From assembly GCF_964204645.1 (NCBI RefSeq), contig NW_027437457.1:1-64000 (forward strand): a stretch of DNA of 64,000 nt, written 5' to 3'. The notes under the pieces are model-generated. The model was not told the origin of the DNA, did not search any database, and saw only the letters and a list, made by a program, of their open reading frames with translations. Shown one piece after another: positions 12,001 to 23,036 of this stretch. Within the stretch, counting starts at the first letter, position 1, and every line of letters starts with the position of its first letter. A program made the position numbers and the translations under genes. Origin of the DNA: Tubulanus polymorphus. Lineage: Eukaryota > Animalia > Nemertea.

Positions 12001-15000
12001 AATCGTTATAAACCGGTTGTTTAACTTGACGCGTTGCTATAGTTACCAGCAGACGGAGGATCTACCGGTTGCGATTGTTTTGACAGAGTTTCACGTTTTG
12101 ACGTTGTTTCGTAAACGTTTAAAAGCCGTCTGCGTTTTAAACGATCAGCTCATATTCGACGACGTTTTTACGGACGTAAGTGAAACAATAAACAGCGCCC
12201 CCTAGTGGTTGTCCTAGTTACCGGGTTGATAATGAGTTCGGTATTGAATTGTAGAAATTGACAGGTTTAAGAGGAATGTGTAAAGATCCGTTACGAGGAA
12301 CTATCTGGGCGTTCACTGATAAAGCAGTTTTCAAATATAAACTAATGAAGGAAGCGAGGTATGAGATTCTTATCAAATTGATTCCACAGATTCAATCGAA
12401 TTGATTCCGCAGATTCAATCAAATTAAGTCCGTTCAATCAAGTTTCTTTTCATCAACTATTTTCATTTTGATTACTAGAAATGTTTGGCAGATATTTTTG
12501 GATAAAGGAGATTTTGAGAATGCTCGCAGATATGGAGGGGTAAGAGTTGATGCTGCGATTGATGATTCTTGAAATGATTTTTATCCCCAGTTTACTTTGA
12601 TGTTGTGTTTGGTTTATTTTATTTGAGGATAATCCTGCGAATATGGATAAAGTACTAACAAAACAAGCCGAACATCTGTTTAAAGAAGGAAAGTAAGTAA
12701 AACATTATATCAAACATTGTATCAAACATTGTATCAAACATTGTATCAAACATTGTATCAAACATTGTATCAAACATTATATCAAACATTATATCAAACA
12801 TTGTATCAAACATTGTATCAAACATTGTATCAAACATTGTATCAAACATTGTATCAAACATTATATCAAACATTATATCAAACATTGTATCATCAAATTA
12901 GATGAAATTGTATGAAAATGTGTCAAAAATGGATGAAAAATTATCAAACTGTATTGAAATCTTTCAAATTGTATTGAAATGTCTCAAATTGTATTGAAAT
13001 GTTTCAAATTGTATTGAAATGTTTCAAATTGTATGAAAATGTATCCTATTTAACTCATATTGAACTGATAATTTGTAGATATGAGGAGAGTGCTCTACGG
13101 TTCGCGCGATCATTGAGTTCTTTCGAAGAAATCGCTCTGAAATTTGTCCAAGTCGAAGATAAAGAGGCTTTGAAAATATTTCTAAAAGAGAAATTGTCAG
13201 CATTCGGTATCAATGTACGCGGTTGAATCGGTCGGTGGAGTAATATTTAAACCGATGTCGTGGATTAATTATCTCTGTTGTTTAATTACAGGATAAAATG
13301 CAGATAACGATGATAGTTTTATGGTTAATCGAGATTTATTTGAATCAACTCGGTTCGCTCAGAGAACAAGGATTCAATATGAATTCTAAATACGACCAAA
13401 TACAAGAAAGTTTCTATAAATTCCTCGCTCAAAGTAAAGTTCTGGTAGGTATGGAAGCCTGTTAGTGCTATTCCAGTTCTTCGTACGGAGGCCTGTAAGG
13501 TATGGTGATATATATTTTCAGGAGAGTATTTTACTGAATAAGACGACTGTTTATGATTTAATCGCCAGTCACGGTGATATCGATGCCTTGGTTTACTTCG
13601 CATTCCTCATAAAAGGTACATCAAAACATCAAATTATTGGCAATAACAGCCACTAGAGGGCAGGGTGGGCAGGCAGACTGCCCGGTCGTCTGGCAGGCAG
13701 GCTGCCCTGTCGTCTAGCAGGCTGGTTAGCAGGTGGTCTGGCAGGCTGACTGCCAGGTGGTCTAGCAGGCTGACTGCCCAGTGGTCTAGCAGGCTGACTG
13801 CCAGGTGGTCTAGCAGTCTGGTAAGTGAGCAGGCTACGAGGTGGTCTGGCAGGCTGACTGCCACCAGGTGGTCTAGCAGGCTGGTAAGTGAGCAGGCTGC
13901 CAGGTGGTCTAGCAGGCTGGTTAGCAGGTTCAGATTGTTATGATATTTTACAGATTATGAACGAGTTTTAGAACATCACATACAACATGATCATTTTGAA
14001 GAAGCTTTAAAAGTTCTTCTCGAACACGGCAAGGTAAACACTAAATACCGTAAACACCGTACTCATTGATCGTTGTATATTGGTATATAATATTTATTCT
14101 ATTGTTGTAGGATCGGACTGATTTATATTATAAATATTCACCGTTACTGATGCAGAATATTCCTCGTGATACTGTATCGTCATGGATACACATGGCACGC
14201 CGATTAGATCCTAAACGTCTGATACCGGCTCTCGTTCAATACGATCATAATACATCAATAGTCGACGAACAACAGGTAACGCCATCTATATACACCGCTG
14301 CGAACTATCTACCGTATACGCCACCTATTGTCTATTGTATATTTGTATTTTCCAGGGGAATGAAGTAATTCGTTATTTAGAGTTTTGCGTTCGAACGTTA
14401 GACAACAAAGATCAATCTATTCACAACTATTTACTGTCGTTATACGTGAAACTGAATAAACTCGATGAATTAATGACTTATTTGACCGTCGAAGGGGAGG
14501 TAGGTATTAGCGCGACTACCCTCCACCCCCTCATGTTAGACTAGGCAGTTGAGCAGTTCCTATTGTGAAACCTAGGGGGCGGTAGATGTAGATTTGAAAT
14601 GGTTTTTTTGTTTTTTCGCACGCAGGATCAAGATATTGTTCATTATGATTTGAAGTACGCATTAAGACTTTGTTCTCAGCACGGATTGAAACGGCCGTGT
14701 GTTCATATCTATTCAACGATGAATCTATTCGATGAAGCCGTTGATTTAGCTCTTCAGGTATCAATAACATCGTCCCGTTTATCGTTGCCGCCGGAAACTG
14801 AGTTTATATTGTTGCATAATGTTTCAGGTCGACGTCGATTTGGCGAAAAAGAACGCGGACAAACCGAGCGATAACGAAGAACTGCGTAAAAAACTCTGGC
14901 TCAGAATCGGTAAATTACATCGCTATATACTCACCACTGATTGTAATTGATAATAAATTACATCACTATGGAGTCAAAACTGATTGTAGTTGATGATAAA

Positions 15001-16733
15001 TTACATCACTATAGATTCGCCACTGATTGTAAATATAAATTACATCACTATGGACTCACCACCGATTGTAGTTGATGATAAATTACATCACTATGGACTC
15101 ACCACTAATTGTAATTGATAAGAGTTTACTGAACTATAAAATTGTAGCTCGTCACGTCGTTGAAGAAGATAAAGATATAAAGAAAGCGATGCAGTTTGTT
15201 CAGGAGTGTAATTTATTAAAGATCGAAGACGTTCTCCCGTTTTTCCCTGATTTCGTCACCATCGATCATTTCAAGGTCGGTTCTTTTTTTACGCGAACAG
15301 GAATTAGAAATATTTTGATGTTTTTTCGATATTTGTTTGAATGATGTTTTTCAGGATGCTATTTGTGAATCGTTAGAGGAATACAACGAACACATTGAAA
15401 CGTTGAAAACAGAAATGAATGAAGCGACTGAAAGTGCGAAGGAAATCAGAGACGAAATTCAAACATTTAGAAATAAGTGAGAAAAACAAAATTATCAATC
15501 AATTTTCAGGAGTTGGATCTGAGATCTCAGAAAACCGTGGAACCGTGGAACTGAGACCAAGAGATTTCCCTGGCCATATTCTACTTCCTAGTGCTTTATA
15601 AAGTAATCAAAGGTCTTGAGGCGTTCCATCAAAAAATATTCATAAATTCTTAGGACAATGGGGTATTGCAGGATTTTGGCAGAGCACAATTTCCCCCGAG
15701 ACAGCGTGTGTGTGTGGATCGATCAGGATAAATCAGTATATCTGCCCTTTGAATTTCACATTTGTTCTATATTTTCTATAATTCAAGTTAATTGGTGATT
15801 TTAATTGCAGGTTTGCGTTCGTGAAAGGACAGGATAAATGCACAGCTTGTAATTATCCACTTCTAACTCGCAAATTTTACCTGTTTCCGTGTATGCATCG
15901 GTTCCATATGGATTGTTTAATAGCTGAGGTAAATACCTCTTTCATTCATACCTCTCTTACCCTTAACCTCACCCTGTCTGAGAGGTATGACCTCTCTCTC
16001 TCAACCTTTACCTCACCTCACCCTGTCTGAGAGGTATAACCTCACTCTCTCTGAGAGGTATAACCTCACTCTCTCAACCTTTACCTCATCTCACTCTCTC
16101 TGGGAGGTATAACCTCACTCTCTCAACCTTTACCTAACCTCACTCTCTCTGGGAGGTATAACCTCATTCTATCTGGGAGGTATAACCTCTATCTCTCTGA
16201 GAGGTATAACCTCACTCTCTCTCTGAGAGGTATAACCTCTCTCTCTCTGGGAGGTATAACCTCACTCTCTCTGGGAGGTATAACCTCATTCTATCTGGGA
16301 GGTATAACCTCTATCTCTCTGTGAGGTATAACCTCACTCTCTCTCTGAGAGGTATAACCTCACTCTCTCTCTGAGAGGTATAACCTCTCTCTCTCTGGGA
16401 GGTATAACCTCATCCTTTCTGTTGTAGGTGATGCCACATTTACCAGCTCGAGAGCGTAGTGCCGTCGATGAACTACAGAGGGCGTTGTCGACTAGTGATC
16501 AATCTCAAGGTCTATTAAAGACTGAATTAGATGAGATTGTAGCTAGTGAATGTATTTATTGTGGTGATTATATGATCAGGTCAGTTTAAACGCGTTTATT
16601 TGTTGTCTGGAACTGGTTCCTGATTCTCCCTGAAGTTCCGGGATTAAATGACTATTGTTCTATTTTTAGATGTATTGATAAACCATTCATTGATGCAGAA
16701 GAGGAAGAGATGATCAAACAAAGTTGGAGTTAA
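9023..16733 (+). CDS. VPS18: Vacuolar protein sorting 18 (HOPS/CORVET), multi-exon
   Basis: MASMIDQYE start, IFLDPTGRHLII, GHLIESIGWN, SFEEIALKF, YDLKYALRLC, LKIEDVLPFFPDFVTIDHFK, RING-H2 (C..C...FPCMHRFHMDC...CIYCGDYMI). Confidence 0.96.
9127..9395. repeat. About 74-nt GC-rich minisatellite in VPS18 intron
   Basis: 3 to 4 copies of GGCGGAGAGCCCGGGGGTAGCTGGACACGG... Confidence 0.85.
10350..11372. repeat. 1-kb polypyrimidine (C/T) tract in VPS18 intron
   Basis: Almost purely C/T on the + strand. Confidence 0.95.
12700..12892. repeat. 12-nt minisatellite (AAACATTGTATC)n
   Basis: About 16 copies right after a donor site. Confidence 0.95.
13665..13930. repeat. Intronic minisatellite (GCCAGGTGGTCTAGCAGGCTGACT-like)
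   Basis: About 10 degenerate copies. Confidence 0.85.
14911..15122. repeat. About 45-nt intronic minisatellite starting at donor
   Basis: TAAATTACATCACTATGGACTCACCACTGATTGTA repeated about 5 times. Confidence 0.85.
15962..16412. repeat. Intronic minisatellite (CTGAGAGGTATAACCTCACTCTCT)n
   Basis: About 16 copies, each with a GAGGT-ATA-ACCTC mini-hairpin. Confidence 0.9.
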
Positions 16734-17044
16734 ATTTCTAGTCGACGATCGACGGATTGATTGATTGCTTGATCAATTGACCAATCAATTGATCAATTGA
16801 TCAATGATTGATTGTATGGTCTCTATTTATTCAAAGATATATCACTGAAATCAAGTTGATGATTGTTCGATAATTTGTCAATAAAATGTATATATCCCAG
16901 TATTTAAATTAATTGTTATTTTGATCTATTTTCACAGGAGGTCATTACATAAAAAATTGGATGATTTCTTTATGTCGACGAATACGCCATCTATTGTATC
17001 TATCTGCAAAAAATTAGATAATAGTCGGTATAGTGACTACGCCT

Positions 17045-17230
17045 GACTGATCACCAGTCAGTCACCACACTAATCAGACAAACTGACGAACCTCCTCAAT
17101 CGCAACTGGTCTATGGTCTAGTGGTTAGCGTGCTCGGCTGACATGCTGGAGGTCGCAGGATCGAGTCCAGCTAGGGTTAGGGTTACGATCGATCTAGGGT
17201 TAGGGTTACAGCCACTTAGGGTTAGGGTTG
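17045..17230 (+). mobile_element. tRNA-derived element with TAGGGTTAGGGTT tail (copy 2)
   Basis: ACTGGTCTATGGTCTAGTGGTTAGCGTGCTCG...GGATCGAGTCC followed by three TAGGGTTAGGGTT blocks. Leader similar to 4394-4450. Confidence 0.6.
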
Positions 17231-18182
17231 CGGTTGACCACCACTGGCTTCCACGGTTCGATTAGATGCTACGACTTTTTGGTTGGATCGAATATCCCCG
17301 ACCCGTGAAATATGTTACATCTTTTTTTGTAAATATATGTTTTTTTCTGTGTAAGCGAGCAGTAAGGCAGTAAGTGTAGTCGCGCCAAACATTACAAACT
17401 AAAGTTCAGTTTTCTCGCATCCTTGGATGTCCTTGTTTTGAATCTACGTTTCAGGCTCAAGTTTTTGGCTTTCCCCGCTCTTGAGAACTGCTGAGCTCAA
17501 TTTTTGAAATAGATATTCAGGCGTTGATCTACGTCCGACTTTGTTTTTCCATGTTTATAGAACTGATGGATATTTTCCAACCTGTTCAGAGGTTTAACTA
17601 AGATATTCATCATTGTACAACGGATATTCATATTTAACATACCAGTGAAATCCAACAATATATTTAACCAAAGATGGAAAGTTCATCCGCAGGCGTATAG
17701 TAATATGCGCAGCTCAAAACACTTATTTTCAAGAACTTTAATTATATATATTTGGCTGAATTATCGTGTGATTTCTCTGCTGGTATTCATCCCACACCGG
17801 GATAATCTACGTGTCTATTGTGATAACTTTCTCGACTTATCATGTTTCATTTATAGTAATACATTTATATTCAACAAAAGTTTCACAAAATCTGAGTGAA
17901 TTAGTAACATTAAACTTCTGAGAATTGAGTTTTCATTCCAACAGCGAACAATAAAATCTTACAAATGAATTGTAGCTAGTTTATGTTTAAGTTGGATCGA
18001 TACGCGAGGAGGAGACACACGGTCAGTTCCAGAAAATTCTCCAGAACAGTCGTAGAGACCCCCAGACAGTCAGTACCCTCCCTGCAGACTGGACACAGTC
18101 AGTACATTCTCCCTGCAGACTGGTCACAGTCAGTACATTCTCCCTGCAGACTCAGTACATTCTCATTTGATTGGCAAAGATC

Positions 18183-19133
18183 ATGAATTCAACCCAGATA
18201 CAAATCGGTCGTCCTTATAGCAGTTACATCGTCATCACGTCTTTAGTGAACGAGTCTGGAAGCTACCGTACTGTATCACTGGTTTTTCTTCCTATCGTGT
18301 TTCTGTTAGGAGCCTTCGGAAATTCAGCTACTTTCCTGATAATGATAAGTCGTAGATTCCGCAGTTTATCTTACGCTAACTATCTCATCGTGTTATCTCT
18401 CAGTGATTCTGTATACTGTATTAATGTTGCACTGATGCCTGTTTTACAGTTTGTTCTCTTCCGCGTTAGAGCCGGTCCTATATTCATCATTAATTCACTT
18501 ATCAGTTGTCAAATATATGAATTTTTGATGGTGCTTGCAGGCTGCAATAGTGTGTGGTTAATAGTAGCGATAACTCTAGAACGTGCTGCAGTTGTTCTCT
18601 TCCCGTTCACATCTCGTTTCGTATGTACACCTAGAGTGGCTAGATTTACTATATTGATAATAACTGCAGTGAATTCACTGATTTTCTATCTCAGTCCTGC
18701 TATGTCGATGTATTTTACTGATCGGTTTTTCGGATGTTACTATAAATTGATCGACCAAATAAAATATTTCACCATATTTGTCATCTACTTTAACATCCTA
18801 CCTTTAGTATTGATAATAATATTTAATCACGTGATACTCATTCAGTTGTTCAGAGGATCAAAAATGGTTTCGTCCGATCAGAAAACGAGAAAATCAAAAC
18901 GTACAACATTAATGCTTGTAACAGTTTCACTCTCATCTGCAATATTTACACTTCCGAATATTATCACCATATTTTTACCAATATCGCCGGAACAGAAGGA
19001 ATTTCTTTACGATATTTTCAAACAATTCTATGTTTGTAATTTTGTGGTAAATTTCTACATATATCTTTTACTGGGACGAGAAATTCGTGAATATTTCTGT
19101 ATGAAAATCCGCTGTAGAAATTCTGTTAAATAA
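18183..19133 (+). CDS. Intronless rhodopsin-class GPCR (peptide-receptor-like orphan)
   Basis: Seven hydrophobic segments, GN in TM1, LSLSD in TM2, TLERA at the DRY position, LP in TM5 and TM6, NFYIY in TM7. First ATG at 18183. Confidence 0.88.
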   Translation: MNSTQIQIGRPYSSYIVITSLVNESGSYRTVSLVFLPIVFLLGAFGNSATFLIMISRRFRSLSYANYLIVLSLSDSVYCINVALMPVLQFVLFRVRAGPIFIINSLISCQIYEFLMVLAGCNSVWLIVAITLERAAVVLFPFTSRFVCTPRVARFTILIITAVNSLIFYLSPAMSMYFTDRFFGCYYKLIDQIKYFTIFVIYFNILPLVLIIIFNHVILIQLFRGSKMVSSDQKTRKSKRTTLMLVTVSLSSAIFTLPNIITIFLPISPEQKEFLYDIFKQFYVCNFVVNFYIYLLLGREIREYFCMKIRCRNSVK

Positions 19134-20419
19134 CACGTTATGAGACATACAACTTTTAAAGGCTAAATTCCGCTTGTCCCTACAATATGACAATTTGGGT
19201 GATAAATTGCCCTTATTTGGAATGAACCAAACAACCCTTGGGCCGGCTTTATGGTATTCGTAGCGTGGGTTCAAAAACCTTCTGAAAATGCCATGATTTG
19301 CTGCTGAATACAATAAGCAAGAAATCGCGCGGGTATTTCTCATTTTTTAATCGAAATGGAGAAAATAAATATTCAAATTTTTGTCCTCCATCAAACGGAT
19401 GAGTAAAATACCCGGATGTAGAATAACGATGTGTTAAATACCCGTATCTGACAACCGGACTACCATTGTTTCCCGTTAGTTAACAATCAACCCAATGAAA
19501 TATAACGTCTCACAACTCGAAGTATTTTGATCGATGGATTTGATCGCGGATTCTTCTCGCATTTATCGGTTGAGTTGAGGCACACGCCTGACGCACACAC
19601 GCACACGTCTCTTCAACAGTGAGTGGATAGATAGAAGCAAAAATTCATACAGACTAGTCTTCATAAATTTTTGAGTGGAGCTAGAGAAAAATCGTGATGT
19701 GTGTACAGGTACGCGTAAGCACGCCATACATGGTTCAGTAGAATGTTGTGATGTGTGACTAGACATGTTCCCGTAACAAATACGCAATCTATCAAGTCCG
19801 CATAGATAAAATAAGATAATATAACCTAATTACTCCCTTACTGGCTTTCAGTGATACTACAGCAAACAAGATATGGTGGAATTCATGGCTGTGGTTGCTA
19901 TTATCATCTGCCCGTACAGCTCCAGATACGAGACAACAACAGTAACTACAACAACTCTGAGTTCTATGAGTTATATAAGAGTATTATTATTTACTATCAA
20001 TAAGAAACGCTGAAATCATAAAATGACAATTTGTTATCGCACATAGCTGAAAATGTATTTACAGAAATATAAATAAATCATGTGTTTACTATAGAATATG
20101 ATATTCAACATCATTTGATTATTTCGGGGATTATACTATTATCATTAAGCTTATCAATATTAATATATCAATCTATTTCTTTTCGTTAAAAAAGCATTCA
20201 TGTCACACTTACATAAGTGAATACATATATTTCTACACCATCAAACGAACTATATAAAAAATGGAGCTATCTATTTTTAACAAAAAAAGCCCGCTCCTTG
20301 TGAGATGAAGGAAAATCGGGAATCTAGTCAGTCTAATGACCAAGTAATATATTATTTTCAAAACCCATCAGAAAAGCTCTAAATGATCATTAATTCAAAA
20401 GAGATCTTAGTGCCCAGGT

Positions 20420-22513
20420 TTAAATTATGGTACACGTTCGAGATTCAGCCCTGGTTACAGTACTCTCCCTGATACCTGGAGGAGGTAAACCTCCGGACAT
20501 TAAGGGGTACAATACTCTCTCAGACGTATGGGGAACCGGTTCGCTGCACCTTCGCCTGTCAGTGTTTATGTTATAAACTCGCAATGAGTGCTGTTTATTT
20601 ATGATATCATTGTGATTTATAACGACAGTGTTGCTGTCACACACTTGATGTATTTCACCTATATCACTGTCTGCAGTGTTAAGTACTATACGCGGGTGAT
20701 CTATAAACCCCCGATCATTGTATCTGATACTAACCACAGTTCCTGTGCAATCAGTCACGGAGTTTACCGATAGTAACACATGTCTATCATTAATAACACA
20801 CGGGTACCCATCTGGTTCAAACGTTAGTCCGCGATAATTCATATTGATAAAACTGATCGATTTTGCTTCGGCTGTTAGAAAAAGTAATTTATTTGTACTA
20901 CGACAGTAAACGAACATCCGTCCCTTTGAGTCCACATCAAAACAGTTTATACAGTCGTATTCTCCATCCGGGAGCTGATATATTTTCACTGGGCTTCTAT
21001 CGATTAAGCTGTTAACAGGGTTTTCTAGGAAACGTAGGAAATAAATGTTTCTCCCTCCTGAATGTATGTAGATATTTTCACCACGGATTATCAAGGTTCT
21101 ACAGTCTCCAGAAAGGATATCACTGACATCATCTTTCAACAGTTTTTTCTGATCTCTATATTTTCTCAGGATGTATTTCCTGTTTTTCTCCACGAGTACA
21201 AAGAGATACCCGTTGCTGTCAGCAGCGAGTCCTTGTATCTTACCATCAATCTTCATATATCTTTTAATTACATTATCATCATCCATGTAATATATAACAC
21301 TGGACTTCCACGCCGTACATATTATACGTGACTGTCGACCCTCCTGCTCACAAGGAATCGATGCCACTAAGTAGGGTATGAAATCCGTCTGAATCTGTTT
21401 ATTTATCATTAATGATTCAATGGGGTCGTCTACGCGTTCCATATGCCTCATGACGTCATCCGTAGATCTCTTCATTTTTTCTTCAATTCTCCTATCGACG
21501 TCATCACTCGATATCTCCTCTTTAAGAATTCCCCCTATGACGTTTGTCATAGCCCTAAGAGCGAGTCCAGTGTTGATATTATATACTCTCTGTGAGTGAT
21601 GTTTATTGCTGTTATCATAATGACGGATAACGACGGTGTTGCTGTCACACACTTGATGTATTTCACCTATATCACTGTCTGCAGAGTTGAGTACTATACG
21701 CGGGTGATCTATAAACCCCTCATCATTATATCCGATACTAATAACAGATCCTCCACTGAAATCAGTTCCAGAGTTTACCGATAATAAAACATGTTTGTCA
21801 TTAATAACACACGGGTATCCTCCACATGGATCAAATAGTAGTCCACAATCATTTATATTGACAAAATTGATCATTTTTGCTTCAGCTGTTAGAAAAAGTA
21901 ATGTGTGTGAACGGTCACAGTAAACGAACATCCGTCCCTTTGAGTCCACATCAAAACAGTTTATACAGTCGTATTCTCCATCCGGGAGCTGATATATTTT
22001 CACTGGGCTTCTATCGATTAAACTGTTTTCAGTAGGATTTTCTACTAAACGTAAAACACGAACTTCTCTTCCTGATTGTATATAAATATTTTTACCACGA
22101 ATTACTAGAGTTCCACAGTATCCAGACAGGATATCCGTGATATTTTCTTCCGACAGTTTATTCTGCTCTTCATATTTTCTAAGGTAGATTTTCTCTTTTG
22201 TCAACACGACAACAAACAAATATCCGTTATGATCAGTATCTAGTCCTAGTATGTCATCACAATCACACTTTATGTATCTCCTTAATACATAATCATTATC
22301 CATATAAAATATATCATCGCACTCCCTCCACTGCGCACATATTATACGTGACTTATCACCCGCCTGTTTACCAGGTAATGACGTCACTAACCCGTGTTCG
22401 AGGTCTGTTTGAACCTGTTTAGTGATCTTCAATGAAACGATGACGTCATCAACGTGTTTCATCTGTTCGCTGCTGGAAGCTGCGGCAGAGCTTTCGGGAT
22501 TTCTAGTAGCCAT
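20420..22513 (-). CDS. Intronless protein with two tandem ~300-aa beta-propeller (NHL/SGL-like) domains
   Basis: Long ORF with an internal duplication and blade-like motifs (GLAADSNGYLFV, CFDVDSKGRMFVYC). First plausible ATG at 22513. Fold is inferred. Confidence 0.7.
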   Translation of the reverse strand: MATRNPESSAAASSSEQMKHVDDVIVSLKITKQVQTDLEHGLVTSLPGKQAGDKSRIICAQWRECDDIFYMDNDYVLRRYIKCDCDDILGLDTDHNGYLFVVVLTKEKIYLRKYEEQNKLSEENITDILSGYCGTLVIRGKNIYIQSGREVRVLRLVENPTENSLIDRSPVKIYQLPDGEYDCINCFDVDSKGRMFVYCDRSHTLLFLTAEAKMINFVNINDCGLLFDPCGGYPCVINDKHVLLSVNSGTDFSGGSVISIGYNDEGFIDHPRIVLNSADSDIGEIHQVCDSNTVVIRHYDNSNKHHSQRVYNINTGLALRAMTNVIGGILKEEISSDDVDRRIEEKMKRSTDDVMRHMERVDDPIESLMINKQIQTDFIPYLVASIPCEQEGRQSRIICTAWKSSVIYYMDDDNVIKRYMKIDGKIQGLAADSNGYLFVLVEKNRKYILRKYRDQKKLLKDDVSDILSGDCRTLIIRGENIYIHSGGRNIYFLRFLENPVNSLIDRSPVKIYQLPDGEYDCINCFDVDSKGRMFVYCRSTNKLLFLTAEAKSISFINMNYRGLTFEPDGYPCVINDRHVLLSVNSVTDCTGTVVSIRYNDRGFIDHPRIVLNTADSDIGEIHQVCDSNTVVINHNDIINKQHSLRVYNINTDRRRCSEPVPHTSERVLYPLMSGGLPPPGIRESTVTRAESRTCTII

Positions 22514-23036
22514 GATCAACAACCAGAAATAATTAACTTCTGGGCGTATAGGTTGAGAACAGTCACGTGATATTCCTAGGTCCTTCTTCCTGGTTTGTAA
22601 ATAGTAACTATATACAAAAGGCGGGTGCGGCAAAAACCAGTTCGGCCGCAATTTTATCGCTTGAAACATTAGGTCGCCGACAATAGATACAGACAGGTGA
22701 TTTACAAACAAAATTGTTTTCAATTTCAATAAACATCAATAAATTATTATTTAAAGCTAGCTTAAAGATATACATGTATAAAAAAACTATCGTAGATCTG
22801 AGTGCAGACCAATTTATTTATGAAAATCTTAAATTCCCAGTACAGATTTAACTGCTGAGCTGCTGTTGACGAATACGCCATCTATCAGAATATATTGCAT
22901 TGAGCGCTAGCTACGTCACCTGGAAATCCTCGGCTTGCCCGTGGTGTGACGTCAGATAAGAGGAGGAATCCCGCCAGCGAGCGGTGACGGTGAAGTGAAG
23001 AGGAGACAGTTCTAAACGGATTTTTAGTGGAGACTG

